A stretch of DNA of 24,000 nt, taken from positions 33,023 to 57,022 of the forward strand of contig NZ_JAJEQX010000017.1 in assembly GCF_020687545.1 (NCBI RefSeq). Reading direction: 5' to 3'. Source of the stretch: Ruminococcus turbiniformis. Lineage in GTDB: Bacteria > Bacillota > Clostridia > Lachnospirales > Lachnospiraceae. The notes below the pieces were generated by a model that saw only the letters and a program-made list of their open reading frames with translations, had not been told where the DNA came from and ran no database searches. How positions within the stretch are numbered: position 1 is the first letter of the stretch; each line of letters opens with the position of its first letter. A program made the translations under genes and the position numbers. Shown here piece after piece: positions 14,483 to 22,262 of this stretch.

Positions 14483-17455
14483 TTAACTCAGTGTCTTTAC
14501 TTCCATAAACATCTCTTTGTTCTCTTCAATCTTCTCTTCCCCGCCGATTACACAGAGCTGATCTGCATCCAGCACTGCCTGCAGCACGTCTGCCAGCGCC
14601 CGGATATCCTCCTGATCCGCAGTCAGGATCTGCTCTCTCTCTCTGCGGATCATCTCTTCTGAAACCCGGTTCATATACAGATTCATGGAACGGCTCCCCT
14701 TGGCAGACGGGTTCATCGGGCGGTCGATATTGCTGATCGTACCGATGACAAACTTGTTCATGTCGCGGTCGCTGACACTGAAATTCCTCAGATAGTCAAC
14801 CACGCCCTCGTACACTTCCATCGTCTTCTTCAGATGAGGATCGCGGTACGAGATAAGGTATCCCTCGCCGATGCGGTTGAAGTTGCTCATGCAGCCGTAC
14901 GCTCCGCCCTTGACGCGGATATTCTGCCACAGATAATCATAGCTCAAGATCACTTTCAGGATCTGAAGCGCTCCTGTATACTGCGCGCCGCCGTCGATAA
15001 AGTTGCCGACCCGGGCCACATACTGGACTTTGGAGGACGTCTTGAAGCCCTCATTCCGCTTTCTGCAGTGAATGATGCATCTCTCAGGCGCACCGGCGTC
15101 TGCTCCGTTTCCGCTGTCTCTGCCTTCGCTGCCGTCTCCGGTCTCATTGAGATGTCCGGCCACTGCGGAGAATGCCGCCTCTGCCGGAGCCAGCCCCTCC
15201 TCTGCGGAAGTGTAGCTCACCATCATATTGTCCGTGCGGAAGATCTTTGCCGCGATCTTTTTGAGATTCCGGATCAGCTCTTCCTTATGACCTTCAAAAT
15301 CTTCTTCAATCGCCTTTACCACCTCGTAAAATCCGATTCCGTCCGTATCGTCCTTAAACTTGGAGATCGGGGAGGTATAGGACAGTGCTCTGAGCGCCGC
15401 TGTCGTATGTCCTGAGGAAAGGAAGGACATCTGGAGTCTGGACTTTAACATCGCCAGAATCTCTTTTAAGCGCTTCTCATCATCCAGTTTTGACTCCATA
15501 AGGATCTCACGCATCATGGCAAACATAACATTGAGCTTCGGGTAAAGCGCCTTTCCCTTTATCTCAAACGTAGCGCGGAACTCTTTTTCCTTTACTTTTG
15601 TCACATCTGTGTACAGTTCAAGGGAGGTGCCGATCCCGCCTGTGTGTACGTTGATCTCGTTAAAGAGCTCTCCGTACTCATAGTTTGTCGTATCGATGAT
15701 TCCCAGGACACTCTGAAGGATTCCCACATAGGGCAGCTTCTCCTCCGGAATGCCTGAGAGATCAAACATAAGCGCTGCATAGCCAATGCCGTTCGTCTCC
15801 ACATTGTGGTACACCATCTTCACGCCGGCCAGTTTCTTCTCCTCATTAAAGACCGGAGCGATATCTCTTGAGATGTCTTCCCGGCCAAGCACCGGTATCT
15901 TCTCCAGATCTTCCGGAGCGGATTCTTCTTCCTGGTATGCTTCCAGCTCTTTTGTCTGTGTTACAAGCTCCGCGATCTGCTCCGCTGACAGGCTGTCCTT
16001 ATACGCCTTTAATTTCTCCGCCAGCGCCCGGTCCATCATGGCTGTCCGTCCGCGCTCCGGCCGGATAATCACAATAGAACCGTGCGTATTGTCCAGCAGA
16101 TACTCCCGGATCAGATTCTCAAAATATCCGGTATCCACCTGACTTTTCAGGAACTCGAATGTGGGGATCGCCTCCATATGGATGAACGGCTTCTCATCGT
16201 CATAGAGCCAGCTGTCAAAGAGCTGCAGCCCGTACATCAGCCCCCGCGGATAATTTCCGAAATCCGCCTCGCGGAAACGGAATTCATGATAATTGATTCC
16301 CGCCCGCAGCGCCTTCTTATCCACTCCGCTGTCTGCGATCTTTTTCAGCGTATCCTCCACAACCTGTATAAACGCCTCTTTCTGCTCCATGTTCGCGTTT
16401 TTCGCGATCACGGAAAAGATCGGCTGATACACTCCGTTGTCATAGGAGCCCATAATGTCCTTTCCGATTCCCGCATCGAGAAGGGCCTTCTTAAGCGGTG
16501 CCCCCGGCGCGGACAGAAGCGCATAGTCCAGAATCTGGAAGGCCAGATACAGTTTCTCATCCAGAGATGTTCCGATGACTTTATTGTAGGAGAGGTACGT
16601 GTTGTCCTCCTCGCTCTCCTCGCTTGCGATGGAATACTCCTGCACAACCTCTTTCATCCTGTCAAACGGCTTCTGATACCGGATCTGCGAATCCACCCCG
16701 ATCTGCTCAAAATCAGACAGGTAGTTCTCATCAAGCCAGCGCAGCTTTTCCTCCATGTCCATATCTCCGTACAGATAGATATAACTGTTGGAAGGATGAT
16801 AGTATTTCCTGTGGAAATCAAGAAACGCCTCGTAGGAAAGCTCCGGGATCACTTCCGGGTCACCGCCCGACTCATTTGCATAGGAGGTATCCGGAAAAAG
16901 AGAATTTAAAATCACCCGGTCCAGCACTCCCTCCGGTGAGGAAAATGCCCCTTTCATCTCATTATACACGACACCGGAGAGCGTCAAATCTCCGTCCGGA
17001 TCATCCAGATGATAGCTCCATCCCTCCTGCCGGAATGTCTTGTCATGCTCATAAATATTCGGATAAAATACTGCATCCATATACACATGCATCAGATTCT
17101 GAAAATCTTTGTCATTGCAGCTGGCCACAGGATAAACCGTCTTGTCCGGATATGTCATTGCATTTAAAAACGTGTTAAGCGATCCTTTCACCAGCTCCAC
17201 AAAAGGATCCTTCACGGGGAAGTCCCTGGAACCGCAGAGCACTGAATGCTCCATGATGTGAGGCACCCCGGTACTGTCAGAAGGCGGAGTGCGGAATCCG
17301 ATGGCAAACACTTTATTCTCGTCGTCATTTTCCATAAGCAGTACTCTTGCCCCGCTTTTTTTGTGACGAAGCAATGTTCCTTTCGACTGTACTCCGGAAA
17401 GCTCTTCCTCCTGCATAATTTGATAAGCTTTCAGATCATATATACTCATTGTCAT
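14483..17455 (-). CDS. M16C-family (insulinase/PreP-like) zinc metallopeptidase
   Basis: 990 aa with the inverted zinc motif HIMEH near the N-terminus and PreP-like length and layout (FRTPPSDSTGVPHIMEHSVLCGS, NAMTYPDKTVYP). The start is ATG 17455 or ATG 17449, and the SD AAGGAGAG favours 17449. Confidence 0.88.
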   Translation of the reverse strand: MTMSIYDLKAYQIMQEEELSGVQSKGTLLRHKKSGARVLLMENDDENKVFAIGFRTPPSDSTGVPHIMEHSVLCGSRDFPVKDPFVELVKGSLNTFLNAMTYPDKTVYPVASCNDKDFQNLMHVYMDAVFYPNIYEHDKTFRQEGWSYHLDDPDGDLTLSGVVYNEMKGAFSSPEGVLDRVILNSLFPDTSYANESGGDPEVIPELSYEAFLDFHRKYYHPSNSYIYLYGDMDMEEKLRWLDENYLSDFEQIGVDSQIRYQKPFDRMKEVVQEYSIASEESEEDNTYLSYNKVIGTSLDEKLYLAFQILDYALLSAPGAPLKKALLDAGIGKDIMGSYDNGVYQPIFSVIAKNANMEQKEAFIQVVEDTLKKIADSGVDKKALRAGINYHEFRFREADFGNYPRGLMYGLQLFDSWLYDDEKPFIHMEAIPTFEFLKSQVDTGYFENLIREYLLDNTHGSIVIIRPERGRTAMMDRALAEKLKAYKDSLSAEQIAELVTQTKELEAYQEEESAPEDLEKIPVLGREDISRDIAPVFNEEKKLAGVKMVYHNVETNGIGYAALMFDLSGIPEEKLPYVGILQSVLGIIDTTNYEYGELFNEINVHTGGIGTSLELYTDVTKVKEKEFRATFEIKGKALYPKLNVMFAMMREILMESKLDDEKRLKEILAMLKSRLQMSFLSSGHTTAALRALSYTSPISKFKDDTDGIGFYEVVKAIEEDFEGHKEELIRNLKKIAAKIFRTDNMMVSYTSAEEGLAPAEAAFSAVAGHLNETGDGSEGRDSGNGADAGAPERCIIHCRKRNEGFKTSSKVQYVARVGNFIDGGAQYTGALQILKVILSYDYLWQNIRVKGGAYGCMSNFNRIGEGYLISYRDPHLKKTMEVYEGVVDYLRNFSVSDRDMNKFVIGTISNIDRPMNPSAKGSRSMNLYMNRVSEEMIRREREQILTADQEDIRALADVLQAVLDADQLCVIGGEEKIEENKEMFMEVKTLS

Positions 17456-17559
17456 CTCTCCTTGCAGTTCGTCTGAATTTCAGTCTGAATCAAAGTTTAA
17501 CCCGGTCTTTAACCTGGTCAATATCGTCAATATATTAGTATATCACTAAATTTTCAACT

Positions 17560-19209
17560 TTAAAAGGTAAGCATTCCCCTTTTTACCGTCTCTTCCAGGT
17601 TCTCCTCACGCCCGGTCCTGAAATACGGCAGCCCGTGCGACGTGTTTGACGAAGAAGCCAGAAGGTGAATCTCTCCTTTCCGTATCCCCAGAGCCTTTGC
17701 CACAAAATTCTGGGAAAACTCGGCGTACTGGATGTCGCGGTGCCGGACGGCAAGATACTGCTTTCCGAAATATCCCCTGCAGATTTTCAAAAATCTCTCA
17801 TCTGCGCCCACACGGTCCGTAAAATACTTAAGAATCATGCACAGAAGGGTAATTGCCGCTGCCGCTCCTGCCCCGAGCCATCCAAACAGCCGGTATTCCG
17901 CCGCCGCACTGCCAAACAGTGCCGCTGCCGCCGCCAGACAGATTACCCAGACAGCCGCAGGAATACTCCACGCCGCCCAAACGGATGAAGGAACGCGCTC
18001 GGACTCTGTATCAAACGCCGGAGAAAATTCGGGAAGAAGCAGACTGATCTGCTCGCGGAGTTTCTCTTCCGTACAGTAAAGCGCAAGGAAAGAATCCTTC
18101 TCCGCTGCTTCGTCCCCCATTCCTACATTGACAATCTCTGCCATATATCTGTGTCCGATCCGGGCGACAAAAGACTGTCTGATCTTTAACGCCTGAATCT
18201 TATCCACCGGAATCGTATACTCCACCCGTTTGAAAAATCCGTATTTGATATAAAGCCTGTTTCCGCTCCTCTTTGCGCGGAAATCAAAATACCGGATAAA
18301 ATCTTTGATCGTATCCCAGAGGGCTGACATTACAATAATGGCCGCAAACATAACCCCGGCCGCAGCCCCGAGAAGAGACTGCATCAGATGCGGGCTTGAC
18401 AGCGTCTGCACCGCTGTAACGACCGATTCCACCAGCACAAGAAGCAGGATCAGAACAGACACAATGCTGACAGAATAAAACCCGTGCCGGAGGATATCCC
18501 CAATGTCAGTCGTGACGTCATACCCGCTTTCCTCACTGTCCCGGGCTGCCTGAGGCGTCTCCCCGCCTTTCTCCCCTGCCGGCGCTGTGCCCCGAACAAT
18601 GCTTTCTGCTTCGCCGGGGAAAGGAATCTCTGATCCTGCCGCCCGCATTCTCCCCATGATTTCCTGCTTAAACCACTGCGCGTCTGCCTTTTTCAGCACG
18701 ATCTTCAAATCGGTACTGTCCGCCGTTGAGCGGCTGTTCGTATCGATTTTCACCTTGCATGTGCCGAGAAGAATCTCCAGCACATTCTGTTCCAGATTGA
18801 TGTTGGAAATATTGCGGATGCCGATCGTGTTTTTCTTCTTGTTTACGCTGCCCTTTTCAAGAACAACCGCATTGTCTTCCAAATATATGTATGTTTTGGA
18901 CCAGATAAACACCTGGCTTATTATCGTAATGACAAAGAAAGCCATCACTGCCAGCACGATAAGGGCCCCTCTGTCCGCAAGAAAGGACCAGTCCGCTTCC
19001 AGCAGCTCGTCCACATTTTCGGCAAGCTGGGTAACCGCCAGAATGACAAGCGCTATAATCACCGCCCCGGTCTGCTCCAGGATGACCGAGATATGATTTC
19101 GAAACCTTATCACCTTCTGATCGGCTTCTTTCCGTGCATCTTCTGTCCGGGCATTTTCTGTCTGACTGTTTCCCGTCTGATTCTTTCTGTTATGCCTGTC
19201 TCTTTCCAT
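17560..19209 (-). CDS. ydbT: YdbT-like membrane protein with repeated bacterial PH (bPH_2/DUF304) domains
   Basis: Alternating TM hairpins and PH-like modules (e.g. IYLEDNAVVLEKGSVNKKKNTIGIRNISNINLEQNVLEILLGTCKVKIDT, then LYIKYGFFKRVEYTIPVDKIQALKIRQSF, then FLKICRGYFGKQYLAVRHRDIQ). The start is uncertain: ATG 19209 (GGAG 6 nt upstream), ATG 19254 or TTG 19281. It overlaps the ydbS-like stop. Confidence 0.72.
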   Translation of the reverse strand: MERDRHNRKNQTGNSQTENARTEDARKEADQKVIRFRNHISVILEQTGAVIIALVILAVTQLAENVDELLEADWSFLADRGALIVLAVMAFFVITIISQVFIWSKTYIYLEDNAVVLEKGSVNKKKNTIGIRNISNINLEQNVLEILLGTCKVKIDTNSRSTADSTDLKIVLKKADAQWFKQEIMGRMRAAGSEIPFPGEAESIVRGTAPAGEKGGETPQAARDSEESGYDVTTDIGDILRHGFYSVSIVSVLILLLVLVESVVTAVQTLSSPHLMQSLLGAAAGVMFAAIIVMSALWDTIKDFIRYFDFRAKRSGNRLYIKYGFFKRVEYTIPVDKIQALKIRQSFVARIGHRYMAEIVNVGMGDEAAEKDSFLALYCTEEKLREQISLLLPEFSPAFDTESERVPSSVWAAWSIPAAVWVICLAAAAALFGSAAAEYRLFGWLGAGAAAAITLLCMILKYFTDRVGADERFLKICRGYFGKQYLAVRHRDIQYAEFSQNFVAKALGIRKGEIHLLASSSNTSHGLPYFRTGREENLEETVKRGMLTF

Positions 19210-19741
19210 CTTCTGCTCCGATGCCTCCCTCTCTCTGTTCCTCCACAATTTCATTGATTCTTCTTCTGAGTGTGTCTGCAATCCTCTCTGCCTTCTCGTC
19301 CTCCAGAAATGAGATCGTCACATCGCCTCCGCCTGTTGTCACAATCACTTTCTCCACATGAAAAAGCTGGTCAAAAGGTCCTTTTTTCGTCTGAAGTTTA
19401 TGTACTCTCTCAATCGGCACGATGCTCCGCTTCACAAACAGATACCCTTCCACAATGTCAATGCACTCCTCATTGATGCTGTATCTGTACCTGTGATACC
19501 GGAAATAGGGACTTATCAGGACCTCTGCGGCAAGCAGCACGATCAGGATAAGGGAGATCCATTTTCCCGCCGCAATGTCTTCCGGAAAAATCCAGAAATG
19601 ATTGACTGCAGCGATAACAGCCAGAATAATAATTCCGGTTGTTATATCTGCTGCATACATGCATCTGAGCGCCCGTTTTGATAATTTTTCATACTGCATT
19701 TTCTCTGTCCCGTTTCCTGCTGCCTGACTGGTATTCTGCAT
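19190..19741 (-). CDS. ydbS: YdbS-like membrane protein (two TM segments plus one bPH_2 domain)
   Basis: RYHRYRYSINEECIDIVEGYLFVKRSIVPIERVHKLQTKKGPFDQLFHVEKVIVTTGGG follows two TM helices. The ATG at 19741 has a GGAGGA SD 5 nt upstream. Confidence 0.75.
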   Translation of the reverse strand: MQNTSQAAGNGTEKMQYEKLSKRALRCMYAADITTGIIILAVIAAVNHFWIFPEDIAAGKWISLILIVLLAAEVLISPYFRYHRYRYSINEECIDIVEGYLFVKRSIVPIERVHKLQTKKGPFDQLFHVEKVIVTTGGGDVTISFLEDEKAERIADTLRRRINEIVEEQREGGIGAEDGKRQA

Positions 19742-19758
19742 ATTTTCCTCCTGTATCC

Positions 19759-19812
19759 GCAGGATTCTGTCTGCACTTTCCGTAAACGGGATGAGCGGAG
19801 ACAGAGTCCTGC
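19759..19812 (-). promoter_or_regulatory. Large imperfect hairpin in the enolase-like/ydbS intergenic region (leader structure or processing/termination signal)
   Basis: 14-nt arms at 19759-19772 and 19799-19812 pair with one mismatch. The 26-nt loop contains a nested CCGT-tt-ACGG hairpin. The structure ends about 9 nt before the ydbS SD, and no U-tract follows it. Confidence 0.35.
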
Positions 19813-19864
19813 ATTTCATATGATATAAATGTACTGCCATCATACGGGATACCTGCTGCCTCTG

Positions 19865-21175
19865 TCAAGCTTTTGAGCTCCATCCGAGGCATTCCCCGAT
19901 GCGCAGCAATCTGTTGTATTTTGCCATATGCTCTGCCCCGCATGGCGCCCCTGCTCTGATCTGATCCGCGCGGAAGGCCACCGCAATATCCGAGACAAGA
20001 GAATCTTCCGTCTCCCCATGCCCCTGTGATATCACCAGATCATACCCGGCTTCTTTCGCTTCCCGGATTATCTCAAATATCTCCGTAAGCGTCCGTGCCC
20101 GGCTGACCCTCACCGAGACTGCATTTGCAGCTCCGATGCGGATTCCTCTCCTTAACCGGTCAATGTCAAAGCCGAACAGTTCCGCTCCCACAATTCGCAC
20201 CCGTTCTCCGAGCAGCTTCGTTATAACTTTCCACCCTTCCCAGTCTTCCGCACCAAGAGGGTCCTCGATGGAACAGATCGGAAATTCTGCCATAAGATCC
20301 TCATAGTATTCTGTCATTTCTCCAGCATTTCTTGTGACTGCAGATCCTTTTTCCCCGCCCTCGCCGCGGAAAATATATACCTTTCTCTCCGCATCATAGA
20401 GATCATCCGCCGCAGCGTTTACCGCGATCACAATATCCCGTCCGGGGCGCAGCCCGCACTGTTCCGCCGCCCGGCGCACTGCACGCAGCGATTCCTTTGT
20501 ATCACCGAGATCCGATGTAAAACCGCCCGTTCCGCTTACTGATGCCGGAAGATTCCTCCTGCGTATTTCCCGTTCAAGGGCATGATAGACTTTCGCGCAG
20601 TCTGCCAGTCCCTCATAAAAAGGTCTCTTTCCCGTCGGAGCAACCATGATTTCCTTAAGATCCAGCCGGTTTGGCACCAATACGCCTCCGTCCAGTACAT
20701 TGACCATCGGCACAGGCAGTCTGTCAGCCTGCACACCGCCCAGGCACCGGTACAGCGGAACCCGCAGAGAACAGGCAGCTGCGCGCGCCGCAGCTGCCGA
20801 CACTGCCAGAGATACATTTCCGCCCGGTCTTTCCTCCTCCGAAATTCCGGAAGAACGAGTCAGCACCCGGTCGATCTCCTCCTGGTCAAACACATTTCTT
20901 CCGATCAGCTCCGCAGCTGTGATGCTGTTCATCGTCTCGGCGGCCTGTTCTGTCCTTCTTGTATCCCGGACAGACTCCCCTCCTGCCTCTGCATTCCCTC
21001 TTCCCGCAGTGTTCTCTCCTGCCTCTCTGTCCCCCTCTCCCGGTACCTCTGAAGGGACAGATGCTGTTCCCACCGTATCCTCTCCTGCCAGCACCTCTGC
21101 CTCCACTGTCGGATTCCCATGTGAGTCAAAAATTTCCCTGGCAAAAATATCCCGTATAAACAACTGTCTGTCCAT
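19865..21175 (-). CDS. Enolase-fold paralogue with degenerate active site (candidate pseudoenzyme or neofunctionalised enolase-like protein)
   Basis: The 436-aa protein is collinear with enolase: REIFDSHGNPTVEAEV, VPLY, LPVPMVNVLDGG, SIEDPL..EDWEGW, GETEDS, AKYNRLLRI. The catalytic and metal motifs are altered (see findings). The ATG at 21175 has a GGGAGG SD. Confidence 0.8.
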   Translation of the reverse strand: MDRQLFIRDIFAREIFDSHGNPTVEAEVLAGEDTVGTASVPSEVPGEGDREAGENTAGRGNAEAGGESVRDTRRTEQAAETMNSITAAELIGRNVFDQEEIDRVLTRSSGISEEERPGGNVSLAVSAAAARAAACSLRVPLYRCLGGVQADRLPVPMVNVLDGGVLVPNRLDLKEIMVAPTGKRPFYEGLADCAKVYHALEREIRRRNLPASVSGTGGFTSDLGDTKESLRAVRRAAEQCGLRPGRDIVIAVNAAADDLYDAERKVYIFRGEGGEKGSAVTRNAGEMTEYYEDLMAEFPICSIEDPLGAEDWEGWKVITKLLGERVRIVGAELFGFDIDRLRRGIRIGAANAVSVRVSRARTLTEIFEIIREAKEAGYDLVISQGHGETEDSLVSDIAVAFRADQIRAGAPCGAEHMAKYNRLLRIGECLGWSSKA

Positions 21176-21267
21176 CTTTTTTCCGCCTCCCCGCCAAACA
21201 TAATTTCCACGCCCTGTTCTCCAGTTATGGTTCAGTATATTATTCCCGCTTTAAAAACGGTAATGCG

Positions 21268-21296
21268 TTGACTTTTCATATTCCAGAGATTACAAT
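21268..21296 (+). promoter_or_regulatory. Candidate sigma-A promoter for yitT
   Basis: TTGACT (21268-21273), a 17-nt spacer, then TACAAT (21291-21296), about 60 nt upstream of the yitT ATG. Confidence 0.55.
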
Positions 21297-21355
21297 TCGT
21301 TTAGGTCTTTTGAGAAAAGATCTGCTTAATCTATTTTCTGTATTTGGAGGAACAT

Positions 21356-22198
21356 ATGAAAAGCAAATTTCAGTATTTTTTGACACTTACGTTCAGCGTA
21401 CTTCTCATCGCTGTCGGAACATACTTCTTTAAATTTACAAACAATTTTACGTTCGGAGGCATCACCGGCCTTGCCGTTCTCGTTGCGAAAACCGGCCTGA
21501 TTTCAGCCGGTGACTTCAACCTGATCACGAGTATGATCCTGCTTGTCATCGGGCTTTTCGTCCTCGGCAAAAAGTTTGCCGCAAAGACTGCCTACTGCAG
21601 TATTCTTCTCTCTTTTGTCCTCTCAGCGATGGAGCGGCTCTGGCCCATGAGCGGTCCGTTTACGGACCAGCCCATGCTGGAACTCTGCTTTGCCATTGTG
21701 CTGCCTGCGCTGGGCTCCGCGATTCTCTTCAACATCGGTGCTTCCAGCGGCGGCACAGATATTATTGCAATGATTTTAAAAAAATACTCCAGCTTCGACA
21801 TCGGCCGCGCTCTGATGCTGTCAGATGTCCTGATCACCGGCGCCGGATTCTTTATTTTTGACATCGAAACCGGTCTGTACTCTCTGCTGGGACTTGCGAT
21901 CCGTTCCTTCATGATCGACACGTTTATTGAGAGCTTTAACCTTTCCAAATATTTTAATGTTGTCTGTGACAGCCCCGAACCGATCTGCGACTTTATCGTC
22001 CACACACTCGGGCGCAGCGCCAGCGTATGCCACGCAAAAGGCGCTTATTCCGGCAGGGATAAATATATTATCTTCACTGCCCTCAACAGAGTACAGGCCG
22101 TACACCTGAGAAACTACATCAGGAAAAATGACCCGGAAGCGTTTATTCTGATCTCCAACACAAGCGAGATCATCGGCAAAGGCTTCCACAGTATCTGA
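21356..22198 (+). CDS. yitT: YitT-family membrane protein (DUF2179-containing)
   Basis: Multi-TM N-terminal part (FGGITGLAVLVAK, GASSGGTDIIAMILKK) and a C-terminal DUF2179-like soluble domain (GAYSGRDKYIIFTALNRVQAVHLRNYIRKNDPEAFILIS). The ATG at 21356 is preceded by GGAGGA. The ORF-track start at 21344 is a TTG inside that SD. Confidence 0.85.
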   Translation: MKSKFQYFLTLTFSVLLIAVGTYFFKFTNNFTFGGITGLAVLVAKTGLISAGDFNLITSMILLVIGLFVLGKKFAAKTAYCSILLSFVLSAMERLWPMSGPFTDQPMLELCFAIVLPALGSAILFNIGASSGGTDIIAMILKKYSSFDIGRALMLSDVLITGAGFFIFDIETGLYSLLGLAIRSFMIDTFIESFNLSKYFNVVCDSPEPICDFIVHTLGRSASVCHAKGAYSGRDKYIIFTALNRVQAVHLRNYIRKNDPEAFILISNTSEIIGKGFHSI

Positions 22199-22262
22199 TT
22201 TCACAACAGATCTTTCACAATAAATCAGCTGAAATAAACCAGTCCGGAAGGAGAACAGACAA

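Noticed and set aside
14423-14662. A 79-aa plus-strand ORF starting inside the 49-bp palindrome
   Set aside because: Its start codon lies within the hairpin arm and its body is antisense to the 3' end of the M16 peptidase gene. It has no SD, so I treat it as spurious.
19865-21175. Calling this gene simply eno (glycolytic enolase)
   Set aside because: Fold-level similarity is clear, but the catalytic loop Ser, the His/Glu/Lys acid-base residues and two of the three Mg ligands appear substituted. Assigning the eno symbol or the phosphopyruvate hydratase function would therefore be unsafe.
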